Shown here one piece after another: positions 39,133 to 51,600 of a DNA stretch of 55,823 bases (positions within the stretch are counted from its first letter, which is position 1; each line of letters begins with the position of its first letter). The stretch is from Octopus bimaculoides (taxonomy: Eukaryota), in contig NC_068990.1 of NCBI RefSeq assembly GCF_001194135.2, positions 81,478,373 to 81,534,195 of the forward strand, in the 5' to 3' direction. A model generated the notes under the pieces. The model made no database searches. It saw nothing but the letters and a program-made list of their open reading frames with translations, and was not told the origin of the DNA. The translations under genes and the position numbers were made by a program.

Positions 39133-39799
39133 TCATCCTCTTTGTCAATCTACAATAGTTTGTGTGTGTGTATATGTGCATGTGTATGTGTGTGTGTGTG
39201 CACACGTGCATGTATGCATATTTATAAGAGAGAGAAGAGAGAAAATAATTTGAAATGGAATAGATTTCCCTGGTACTGTCTTCAGGATAAATGATAGTTA
39301 ATTTGGAGCATTCTCCTACTTCCACTTAGCATGACTTACCAATCAGTTTTGTTAAAGTCTTAATGAGCTTTGAATATCTATTATTTCAATACAATTTTAT
39401 TATTTAGCACAAAATATACAGCTAATTATTCATTTGTTTTTGACTGATTTCATTAAGTTGGTATCTGAATTTAAAAACAAAAAAACAAAGACATTATTCT
39501 TTATATGGAAAATATAATACGAATGAATTTAAGGACTTGAATGTGAATGAATCTCAATTTAATGAAACAAAATACAATTACTGAAGTAATCTTATTGCAA
39601 TTTGTTAAAACATGAATAATTGGCAGTTATAACCTGAAAAAGAGATAATCCAATTTTGATAATGGAGTTACATGATTGAAAAAAAAAATTCAGAAAATAA
39701 TTAAAAATGAATAGTCTTCCATTTTCTTATTGCATTTAACAAAAATGTTGTTTTTCAAACAATCACAATTTCCATTCTCTTACTCATGTTTGTTGTTAA

Positions 39800-39990
39800 T
39801 ACTGTTGTCGTTGTTGTTTAACCCCTAAAGTTAGTCTATGACAAAAGACATTCCTAAGTATTACTGTCCCATCTTTTTTTATAAAGAAATAGTGTATCTA
39901 GGACTATATTATTTAGTGTGCCAATGTACCTTGTTTTCTTTTTAGATTGCATCATGTAATTTAAAAAGAGATTACCCTTCTATGTCTAAC
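39800..39990 (-). mobile_element. Family E SINE-like fragment, decayed
   Basis: CTATGACAAAAGACATTCC...ACTGTCCCATCTTTTT...GTGTATCTAGGACTATATT is the reverse of motifs at 43160-43240. Confidence 0.55.
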
Positions 39991-41114
39991 AAGAGCTCTT
40001 AGATATACTTAGGCTCATGTCATTGTTGTTAGTGCCATTTAATTAGTACTGATACTAATTGGTGGTGCTCCTTGCAGGTTAGACCTAGTCAAACAGATTA
40101 TGATAAAAGGTATTACAACTATCACTAATCTATATTTTCTAGTCAGTGTTAAATTGTATTAAATTGGACATTGAAGTTCTTCCTCATTTAAAATGGAAGG
40201 ATGTGATTTGACAATTATTTAGCTTTTTCTAACAGCTCAGACAATTGTATAAAGACTCCCCCAACTTTCCTAAGGTTGACTGAACAGATTGAGCTATTAA
40301 AATTACTTCTTTATTATAATATATTTGCTCATTTCATTTAATCTAGCACTTCTGAGATGAGCTCATCGAAATATTTTTTTTTAATCTTAGTCATTTCTGT
40401 GCTCTGATCTTAACTTTGTGCTTCATATTGCTTACAAAACTTTATCTCCCGTTGCCAACACCATTCTATGCAGCTCACTTGTGAACTATGTTTGAACCCT
40501 TTTATATCCTTCTATGTCCAATCACCAAAAGAGTTAGTGAATCATAGTTATCGCTTGCCTGTTCTCCCATTTTACAGATTTCCAATGAGTCATATTCGCT
40601 ATTTTTTATTTATTCATTCATTTTCGCCTTTGCAAGTTCTCCCATCAGTTTCTGTTTGAAGGGAAAATAAGTTGAACTCTGTAACTTGTTTACAATTATA
40701 TTTTTGCAAATGAATATTCTCATTATCAGTAATCAAATTATCAGCAAAATTAAACTAAGATGTATTATATTCTTTCTTGGTATAAATAAATAAATAATTT
40801 ACTTTCTGATTAATTTGCATTTATAGAAGAGTTAACCAACACATCCACTCCTCACAACAAACCCTTCTCCTTCAAAAAAAAAAAAAAAAAAGGAACCCCA
40901 TTCTTGTATCTTGGTCTATTTATCAGTTTTTTTAAATTCTAAGTTTTTAAAACTGTTGTCTTTGTCTTTCATTTGCCCCATGTTGATTAAATAACTACAA
41001 ATGATTTTCTGGAATTAATTCATGTTACTGTAACTATCCATATAAAAACAAACTAGCTTTGTTCCTGCTAAAATGAAGACAATGGTTAATTATTCCATAA
41101 TGATGATAATAATG

Positions 41115-41179
<65 letters not shown>

Positions 41180-41264
41180 TAGATAAAAAAAAATACTTTT
41201 ATTTTAATCCTAAGCATTTATATTTTAGGCATCCATAAAATAATGTTCAAAAACTTAAATATAT

Positions 41265-41482
41265 ATATGTGTTTGTGTGTCTGTGTTTGTCCCCCCAACA
41301 TCGCTTGACAACCGATGCTGGTGTGTTTACGTCCCCGTAACTTAGCGGTTCGGCAAAAGAGCCCGATAGAATAAGTACTAGGCTTACAAAGAATAAGTCC
41401 TGGGGTCGATTTGCTCGACTAAAAGGCAGTGCTCCAGCATGGCCGCAGTCAAATGACTGAAACAAGTAAAAGAGTAAAAAGA
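41265..41482 (+). mobile_element. Family B SINE 3' half, young
   Basis: GTTTGTCCCCCCAACATCGCTTGACAACCGATGCTGG...GCTCCAGCATGGCCGCAGTCAAATGACTGAAACAAG with CpGs intact. Confidence 0.9.
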
Positions 41483-41857
41483 GAGTATTACTCCAATTAC
41501 ACTGAAAATATTGTTTTGTCTTCAAAATGCCATTATAAAATAAGTTATTCAACTTTATCCTGTTTCCTCCTCCATTATGAACCTTTGACGTTGTGAAGTA
41601 TCAGATCAACCTTGATCAAAATGTTCTATGATTAAAGATGACATAACCAAAACCAGAGTATCATTTTTGTGTATCTTGATAATATATTACACAATGTGTC
41701 CTTCCACTTTTAAAGAAAGGATTGAGATGAGGGAGTTCTGACTTTTATTTCTTGGAGGTTAAACAATCATGTAGTTTCCATCATTGGCTCAATAGAGCAG
41801 AATCGTTTATTTACTTGTATAATCATGTTATTTCTAACGAATTAAACCAAATAAATT

Positions 41858-41921
<64 letters not shown>

Positions 41922-42187
41922 GTTTCATATTTGTTGTTGACAGTTTTTCTAAAGAAAAATTATAGCTTCAAAATATTCTTGTATGTAGAAGTCCTGAGGA
42001 AATCATTTTAAATATTGATGATTTAATAACCATGATCTTCACAGTCAAATAACAGTTATAGAAGAACACAGAGACAAGCCTGCAAGCCATGTTCTGTTGG
42101 TGTAAACAATGTCAATATAAATATTCTTAACACAAAACTTCACTGAGGTTTTTATTAAATCAAAATATAAATGTCAACAACATGAAT

Positions 42188-42510
42188 GCAGGCATGGCTG
42201 CATGGTTAACAAGTTTAATTTACAAACACATAGTCCAGGGTTAAATCCTAATGGTTGTAACCTTGGGCAAGTGTTTTCTACCATAGCCAAGAGTTGACCA
42301 ATACCTCATAAATTTATATATAGTAGGCAAAAACTCTGTGGAATCTCATTATATATATGTGTGTGTGTCAATGTCCACTTTGCATTTAGAATGCTATGAG
42401 AATGATGAAATAAGTACCAGACCAGAATAAATGCTGGCGGTCAATATAATCAACTGATACTCTTAAAGTTTGTACCTCACAATGGACAAAGTCTAGTGAT
42501 TGAAACTAAT
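42188..42510 (+). mobile_element. Family B SINE, decayed
   Basis: CATGGCTGCATGGTTAA head, ACCTTGGGCAAGTGTTTTCTACCATAGCC, AATAAGTACCAG. Confidence 0.7.
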
Positions 42511-43065
42511 AAAACTAAAAGAACAGAAAATATTCAAGTTTTTCTCTTTAATTATTTTTAGATGAATATTTTGATAGTCTGCCATTATACATATTTATAT
42601 GCACACACACATACACACACACACATACACATCTTGGTACTTTAATTATAAAAGTCTTCATGTAATTGGTGGAAAATTAAATTTCTAATAAGTGCTCAAA
42701 TTGTGTATTGATGCAAAATGAAAGTCTTCTTATTAATTAAATGTTACAATGATTCTGATATCAATAAGTAAGAACTATTGCTATTTGCAAAGACTAATAC
42801 CAGAAATAATAGATTTCCTGAGATTATAGGTAGTTTCCATTGGGTAACCTAATCAATGCAAGATAAAGTAAATTTTAAATACAATATCACGTGTCTGTTG
42901 TATAAGAAAAAAATTATGTTCCATATTGATTACAAATTTTCTTGCCACTTATTGTTGTGCTATATACACTGTTTAATAGTAAACACTATTTAATAAGATG
43001 AAAATAAAATATTGTCTGGAAATTAGTGGAATTACTATGAGAAATATTGCAGTGAGAAAAAAACG

Positions 43066-43450
43066 GCATCTATGTAGTTGCTTGACTGCTGAAATTAGCA
43101 GCCAAATCTCCTTCTTCAAATCACATCATTCCATCGTTAGAATGGAAATATATATTTGAATAATGTAGTCTTAGATATACTATATCTGAGAAAAAAAAAT
43201 AATGAAGGGATAGTCATGGCTGTAATGCTTTTAATGATTGGTTGGCTTGGGCTGATCTTCTATGTAAGTACTCAATCTGCTAGAAATAGTTACCAGATCT
43301 CCCTCAAATCACACTCAACTGTCTTAAATAAGAGAACATTTTGGAGAATGCAATCCTAGGTGTAGCCTTTATAAGATGAAATCTTGGCTGGATTCTCTTT
43401 GATTGTGGGTCTGCTCAGTCAGAGTTGACCTGAAGCTACACAATAACAAG
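43066..43450 (+). mobile_element. Two tandem family E SINE-like copies
   Basis: CAAATCTCC..CAAATCAC occurs at about 43100 and 43295, each followed by a GTCCTAGAT/GGCTG...TGAT segment. Confidence 0.6.
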
Positions 43451-44125
43451 TGGATTCAAACATGTTAAAGTCAGCATATAAAATATTTTGAATCTAGGAT
43501 TGCATAATTGAGACTCAAAGTAATGCGAAGTAATGGAATTATAGAATCTGTTATAGTTAAATAACTGTTATAGGTTTGCCCCTTCTAGAATAGATATAAT
43601 ACAGTGTCTTAGATGGTGTAATGAAAACTGACCTGTGCAAATTTGATACCAGGAGAGGTTAGAAGCATAGTGAGATGAAAGTTGATGCCAACTACACCCA
43701 TATTATTTACATCTAGATAGCATAAAATAGAAAACCCATGATGATAAAGACAATGATTATAAAATAGACTTGTAAATGTATCAAAGATATTAAACTATTG
43801 TATGATTGAGCTTGATGTTGTAAGAATTCATAATTCTGTAGTTAATATTGGTGATTTCCTCTTGGAATTATGAGCTCTATACCGTTAAGTTGGCATTGTT
43901 TATTTGATAAGCTGTTAGAGTCAAACAGATAATATTGATTTCTGCTTTCATAATTACATTTGATATCATTTAGTAATATTCTATTGCATTGTTATAAAAG
44001 ATATTGGAGGTGATAATGATAATTTGAATAAAGGTTCAGATTCAAGACTGCATTATATCAACAGTTAATGAAAATAAATTAATACAAACCTATATACATG
44101 TGTATTACTCTTTTGTTCTAAGATT

Positions 44126-44324
44126 TTAACCCTTTAATAGGGAGATTGCTACTAAGTGATTCATTAAAAGTATGTTGAGATAGAAGTAATCAATAAGTGA
44201 TTCTAACTTAAAGCATTTTTGAAAGGTATAAAAATTCAATTTAAACCCATTATTAATTTTACATTATATTTTTGGCACTCAAGGTAAGAGGCTCAAATAT
44301 TAATTAGTGTACTTAAAGGGTTAA
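44126..44324. mobile_element. Probable piggyBac-type MITE (TTAA target site, CCC-starting TIR)
   Basis: TTAA|CCCTTTAA at 44126-44137 and TTAAAGGG|TTAA at 44313-44324, with a non-coding interior. Confidence 0.5.
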
Positions 44325-47320
44325 AAAAAACCCCCCAAAAATGTCTGTAATACAAATTTATTAGCCAATTTATGGTAACTAACTATGGCTATCTTTTAGT
44401 AAATCATCTTTTGCAATTCTCCATTATTAGTGTGTCAAAATGAAGAAACACTGAAGTGACTGAAATCATTGAGTATTAAATACTCTGCAGTTTAAGATTT
44501 AATCAGAATGGCTGCTTTTTGTCATTTCTGTAGCAATGGGTAGGTTTTATGGGGCAGGTGACACGGCCAAATGGAAAGAACTCATCACCTGATGTCCCAC
44601 AAAGGATAGAATTAACTTTAGAAAGAGAAGAGTTGGTTTAAACTCTCTATATTCTGAGCTCAAGTCCCAGCAGAGTTGTCTTTTCTTTTCATCTTACTAG
44701 AATTAATAAAATAATTATCGGTGATTTACTGATGTCGATTTGAGTTTACCCATTTCCACCACAGATTTTCAGCTTTGTAATAGTGTAATAATTTTTTATT
44801 GTATCCTAATTAGTTTCTTCTCATTTTTCCTTGGTTAGTTTGAATTAAAAATTTCTAAAATTTTTCATCTTCCTAGTCATCTTCATTCTTTATTAATCAT
44901 TCTATTAGATTAATAGTGTCTTAGTTCCTGCTTAATTACTCCATTCCGTACCTTCTTCGACTGGCCTACTTTTCTTCACAATGCTTACACCAAGTACATC
45001 ATCCATTATTACATCTCCAAATTCTTGCAATTTCTTTTCCCTTATGCATCACTTAATGCATTTGAAACTTCCTATCCATCTCAGGACATCTGGCTCCTTT
45101 CAGATTTGTGTTAGACATTGGAAATCTTATTCAGCTCACTCTTTATCAGCTGCTGAGGATCTTTCACTTCTCATGTTTCATATTACAATCTGCCTTTTGA
45201 GCAAATAATGCTTTTAACATTATTAGAAACAGGAGATCAACTAAATTCTATCCATTCTCTGTTAATCTCAAAACTCATTTAATTCACCTTGGCAACAAAT
45301 ATTATCTGCTACAAGCCAAGTAAGGCAGCTCTATGTAGTTGCTCAATCTGCTATAAATAGCTACCAAATTTCCCTCAAACTACTCTGTCATTTTGAAAAG
45401 AATAAGATACGTTGGATTATATAGATAGAAAACTGACAAAGGAAAGATAATGTAGTCATTATTGGAATGTCTGTGACAATTATTTTTACATGACAAAAAA
45501 CAGTGTCAAGTGCCTTGTTTTTTGAAATGATATAAAAGATAGTGCCCCAGCATGGCCACAGTCCCGTGACTGAAACCAAAAAATTACAGAATGTGTGTGT
45601 GTGTCTATTTGTTTATGTATGTGTATATAGCTCTGTGTGTATGTAATGTATACGTATATGTGTATCTTTGAAGAGATCTGGTTTTCCATCTCTGTTCTTT
45701 CCAGAACAAAAATTCCAGGTCACAGATCAATTCAGTCAACCTCTGAAAGTTAATATTTAAATTCTTTCTAACCAAAGTCATTATCCTTTCCCTCTACTTT
45801 AATCATATGGTTTATCAGTTTTGATGGCCCTGAAGTTAACTTTATTGTACTACTCTTGTACTTAAAACATTTGATGGTGGTAATAATGTAGCTGTTATCT
45901 AGAATAATATCTCAACTATTTTTATTTATCTATTTATATGTGTGCATATATTATTTATATATATGTGGGTGTATAAATAATAATATTGCTCCAACTAATC
46001 TTAATGCTCTTAGCTTTTAGTATTTTTTTTTTTTTTTGGTACACCTCACTAATTTGTTTACCAACTTGTATTGTTTGATTTATGTTCTCTTTTATGCAGT
46101 CATTCTTAGTAGTGTTTCCGAGCCTGTTCCTCTCTATCGCTAAATGCTAGTAACCATGCATCATTATAAATGCATAATTCAAAATATTTGCAAGATACTT
46201 AAAAACGACACATAATTTTTTCATTGTAACTTGTATTTTATGACACTGTCAGTTTCATATAAAATGCGAAATAGAATGGAAAATTTTATAAACATTTTAT
46301 ACAAATCTTGTATAAAATATTTGCATGATTTTTGTCTTTACATCTAAAATTAATAAACTCTGGAATAATGCTACTTCTCCTTTACTTTTTCATCAAGTAT
46401 GAGTAATCAGTAAAGCAAATAAACATACATGCAATACCAGACTTCTGTTTGTGGTTAATATATGTCGGAAAGCTTCTCTATCATGAAGGTTTGGCCCTCT
46501 TTGACTTCCACATGAGTATCATTAAAGCCAAGACCTTAGAAAAACACATATTTCATACTGATTGATAAACTGGTGAACCAAATGCATGACTTCCTGTGTG
46601 ATATGACGTCATTCATCTGAGATTTCTTTAGAGTCCAGCACCTAGAAGTTTCCACACAACTGGGCACGTTGCTAGACAAAAGGAGACTATATTAGATATT
46701 GATTGTTAAATCATGTGATTACCTACACAAAATCTGTCTGAATTGGAACATACAGATGGAAAATAAACGAGGAGTTCAATTCTATTCATTATATTTCTTT
46801 GTGTATTTAGCTCCAAATATACATTTGTTACATTATTTGTTATAATTAATTAGCATATATTTTAACTTTATATGACTAACTGAAGCAATGTGAATTCTCT
46901 GTGTGTGTGTGAGAGAGAAAGAGAGAATATGTGTATGTAAATTTGTGTAAACAACCAACAATTTTTCTATTATACATAAGATGTTAATTGCATTTAACTT
47001 TAATCTTTTTAGTTTCATATTTTCTTATAATCCTTTAAATTGGAATAATAATTATTTTGAAGTCTATCAATATTTCTTGACCTTCTCAGTCTCACTTCTG
47101 GATGACATACTTGTTAGTGGCAGGTTTTTTATTGCTGTGGTCTTGTAGTGGGTTGTAAGGCTGTGATATGAAATGTTTAACCTTTAATTCCAAGTTACAT
47201 TAATACATCATGTTCTTGGTTTATTACTTGGGTTTTGTATCTGTATGTTGAAATTCAGTTTCTATTTTACTACTAGCAAAGTTATGAATGTTAGTCTTTA
47301 TAAGTAAAAAATTAAAATCA

Positions 47321-47370
<50 letters not shown>

Positions 47371-47948
47371 GTGTGTAGAGTAGATTAATCTCTTTTAGAC
47401 CTTTAATTAATGTAATTGTGTGTGTGTGTGTGTATATATATACACATGTGTGTATATATATACACATGTGTGTATATCAATACATCCATCCATACATACA
47501 TACATGTATAGAAACATACATGCATGCATGGTGATTGCTCCATCTTGCCAGATGATAGCCATCTCACATTAAACTAATAAATGAAATGATGTAAGTGAAA
47601 CATCTGTACATTGCTAGATTTAAGTGACAAAAAAAATGTACAACTCTCTTGGTCACCATAGTAGGTTTCAGTGACAAGCATTGCCAAATAATTAGACTGC
47701 GAATTTCATGTCAAAGTATCCTTCTCGAAGAAGAGCAGCCTTCACCATGGCTTTTTCAAAAATGACAAAAACCTCCTCTACTCTTAGGAAATCTATTTAA
47801 AACATAGGTGGGACCCTGACTGGTATGTACTGGATATAATATTAAACTGCATCTGGTGGTGAGACTCCAGTTCTGGAGTTGTGGAATCACACCTTAATTA
47901 TCATCACTCCCAAGCCCATTATTCATACATACCTACATGCATGCTTAC

Positions 47949-47979
<31 letters not shown>

Positions 47980-48565
47980 CATACATACATACATACATAC
48001 ACACATACATGCATGCATGTAGTTTCAATTTCTTGTAATTTTGAAAATGTCATATTCCTTACTTAAATATATAAATGGTATTTTGCTTATCCAGTTTGAA
48101 TGAATTCTATAGAAAATGAAATAAAAATAGCAGATATTTTTGCTATGGTTAAATGCAAAGATAATATATTCCTTCCTCATCTTCAAAGTATTTTAGATAT
48201 TTATGTATATGTCTGTCTGTATGTCTGAGTACTTTTTTATACACATAAATTACTTTCAAAGCATTTTTCAAATTAAGGTATGTAGTTAGTTCGAATTTTC
48301 TACATATGTCTAATTATTAAATGTGTTCATATGATTGTGTGTTCTAAGATAGTGCACCTGTTTCCTCTATTATTAAATTTTACTAATTACGTTTTTGGAA
48401 CTAATATCATAAAATGGATTAAAAATTAATTTACAAATTTTCACCAATATTCAAACTCTAAAGTGACATAAATGTTTGTGAACTTATATATAATGAAGAA
48501 TGTCTTTCTTATTTGGTTCTGTTGCTGGTTTAAAATTACTGGAGATGGTAGCCTAGATATTGACC

Positions 48566-48614
<49 letters not shown>

Positions 48615-48654
48615 CATCAACAACATCATCATCATCATCATCATCATGTTACCA

Positions 48655-49180
48655 TTGTTCACTGCCTTTCATCCTTTCAGAGTCGATCAATTAAGTACCA
48701 GTCACACAGTGTTGTTGTTGTTGGCACTCCGTCGCTTACGACGTCGAGGGTTCCAGTTGATCCGATCAACGGAACAACCTGCTCATGAAATTAACGTGCA
48801 AGTGGCTGAGCACTCCACCGACACGTGTACCCTTAACATAGTTCTCGGGGATATTCAGCGTGATACAGTGTGACAAGGCTGACCCTTTGAATTACAGGCA
48901 CAACAGTAACAGGAAGTAAGAGTGAGAGAAAGTTGTGGTGAAAGAGTACAGCAGGGTTCGCCACCATCCCCTGCCGGATCCTGTTGGAGCTTTAGGTGTT
49001 TTCGCTCAATAAACGCTGACAACGCCTGGTCTGAGATTTGAAACCGCGATCCTATGACTGCGAGTCCGCTGCCCTAACCACTGGGCCATTGCGCCTCCAC
49101 TCCAGTCACACAGTAAGGTCAATATAATCAAGTCCCCTCTCACAAATTTCGGGCTTGCACCTATAATAGAAAGGATTATT
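48655..49180 (+). mobile_element. Family A SINE (5'-truncated), split by a nested insertion
   Basis: GCCTTTCATCCTTTCAGAGTCGATCAATTAAGTACCAGT continues after the insert as ...AAGGTCAATATAATCAAG...GAAAGGATTATT. Confidence 0.8.
48711..49101 (-). mobile_element. Family F tRNA-derived SINE, full length, young, with 13-bp TSD
   Basis: Minus-strand head GTGGAGGCGCAATGGCCCAGTGGTTAGGGCAGCGGACTCG...GGTTTCAAATC, (AAC)n tail. CCAGTCACACAGT duplicated at 48698-48710 and 49102-49114. Confidence 0.95.
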
Positions 49181-49350
49181 ACTATTATGAGGGGGGAGGA
49201 GAAAAAGGACAATGGTGAATTGGCAGAAAAAGTAGAGTGACAAGTGATATATATCCATTTGCATTTCGATCTTGAGAATATTTTTTTAAATTCTGTTCTA
49301 AGCCTTTATTTAGCTACAGTTAGATAATTAGATCTGGAAAGACAAAGACA

Positions 49351-49384
<34 letters not shown>

Positions 49385-49705
49385 AAAGAGAGAGAGAGAG
49401 CAAAATACAAAGACCTTGTGAGAATTATTGTTTCAATCAATGACTATTCTATTAATTTTTGTAACCTTCTAAAGTCCCCAACCGCAATACAAAGATTTGT
49501 TTATTGTCATTTTTTCCTTAAGAAATTTAGATAAAATTTGTAATTCGTTCAAATTGGAGGTATTTAAAAAAAAATTTTTTTTAAAGTTTCAGCTTAGAGC
49601 TGCGGCCATGCTGATGCACCACTATATATATATATTATAGATATATTGTTGAGTAAAACATATATCATCGTTTAACGTCCACTTTCCATGCTAGCATGTG
49701 TTAGG

Positions 49706-49747
<42 letters not shown>

Positions 49748-50142
49748 CAACTTTAGTCTTGGCTGATGAATCTCACTCATGGTAATGTTTATCCAAGACA
49801 TTTAGATTATGTGTAAATATTTCTGTACATTCATTCTACTTAATATCCAATTAATCTCTTTCAAAGAATTAGGTACATTTCATTTACAAGTTGATTCTTG
49901 TCTTGTTATTTTTATTGAAACATCTTTAATTATTTTTTTAGCTTGCTTATTGTTAGATCATATTATTTATTTAGATTTGATCTGATTGAAAATAGACAAA
50001 ATGAGATTGATGTCTTACTTTGATTTATTCATAGAAAATGGAGATGATATCAATGATGTGTTTTATAATAGGAAAGATTCTCAAGAATTTACGATGACAA
50101 AAACTGAAAATAACTTCGATATATTTGATCTTATGTGCTGCG

Positions 50143-50192
<50 letters not shown>

Positions 50193-51214
50193 CACTCAAA
50201 TTCAGAAATCAATAGTATGTGCACACTCATCCACTGACAAATGCAGTCTTATTCAATCTCTTTTGTGAAGATAATTTGCTAGTCACAAATTTTGTAGTCT
50301 GAAATTTGCATTAAATTCTTTAGTTTCTTGCAAAAGAAATATTTTAAAAAAATAATTGTAGTTATCAATTTGAAAAACTCTGTCAATATTTCTTTTAATG
50401 CAATTTCTTATTATATTTTGAAATTTGAATCCTATAGCGTTTTCTTTTTTATGCTTTGTTGAGGAAAATATTTCACATTTTTATTCTATTTGTCATTATT
50501 CAAAATCTTGCTAAAGAACTCAGACTATTATTTGTCAAAGCCTATTTTTATCATAAAAAATTAACATAACAACATTCCTTTTTAGGGACAAGAGTTAATA
50601 TATTTGAATCATTATCACACTTTGCTTTTGCATGTTCTATGTAATGTATTTTTTCTGAAATATAAGTTACATGAAAATATTAGCCTCAAATGATTGATTA
50701 ACTCTTCATATGACAGACAAAATAAAATGTTAATTTCACTCAATGTTTCTTGATAATTCTTTACATGAAACAAGTTGTGGATTATCTTCCATGATATCTA
50801 TTTCAATGAAAATTGTGTATGATTACAAACCGTCTCTCAATATCTATTTTATTTCCATAACTGTTGACAACATTAAGCAATGAAACATTGCTTAATATTG
50901 TTTCAACTCATATGCAAGTTCATCTTAGACAAAACTTGTCAATAGAAATTAGCAAAATCAGCAAAAGTAACTATCCCATGTAAAGGCAAAAATAGCCTTA
51001 ATTTAATGATAAAATTCTGAAAATGCTACTCTAACCTTTTTTAAGGAATCTGCAATTCTTGCATTCAGATGTATATATATTAATAAAACATAGTCAGCAT
51101 TAATATTTTGAGTACTTTATTCTAGGTGGCCTTATCATATTTTCTTGAACTAGTAACCAGGATCTATTTATCTATGTATCTGTCTGTCAACACACACTCT
51201 CTCTCTCTCACACG

Positions 51215-51246
<32 letters not shown>

Positions 51247-51256
51247 NNNNNNNNNN
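51247..51256. other. Assembly gap within (CA)n
   Basis: 10 N. Confidence 1.
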
Positions 51257-51294
51257 CACACACACACACACTCAAACACACATATACATGGGCA

Positions 51295-51600
51295 CAAACA
51301 TGGCTATGTGTTTAGAAACTTTGCTTAGCAATCACATGGTTCTGGATTTGATCTCATTGTACAGGACCCTAGAGAAGTGTCTATTAGCTCTGGGTCAACT
51401 AGTACCTTACCAGTGAAATTTGGTAAACAGAAACTGTGTGGAAGTTCCTAAAATGATATACTGGTTAGAGCTAGCGTGTTGGACTTATGATCAAAAGGTT
51501 TTGGGTTTGCCTCCTGGGCCAGGTGATGCATTGTATTTTTGAGTCAGGCGCTTCATTTCACATTACTCAGCTGAAAATGATAAGTAGCTGAGTGCTTGTG
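51295..51600 (+). mobile_element. Family B SINE 5' part followed by a second decayed tRNA-headed SINE
   Basis: CATGGCTATGTGTTTAG...ACCCTAGAGAAGTGTC..., then CTGGTTAGAGC...GGGTTTGCCTCCTGG...TTCATTTCAC...ACTCAGCTG. Confidence 0.6.

Noticed and set aside
40625-40665. Minus-strand TDGRTCK resembling an EGF-domain end
   Set aside because: It follows an acceptor rather than ending an exon, lacks the preceding cysteines and hits a stop within five codons.
45705-45748. 44-nt exon-like segment behind a strong acceptor
   Set aside because: Weak donor, two possible frames and no recognisable peptide.
48472-48873. 133-aa ORF
   Set aside because: Composed of (ATT)n plus two SINEs.
48711-49101. tRNA gene (also the heads at 12583-12809 and 37078-37436)
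   Set aside because: A/B boxes are present but there is no complete cloverleaf or acceptor stem. Each continues into a SINE body and tail.
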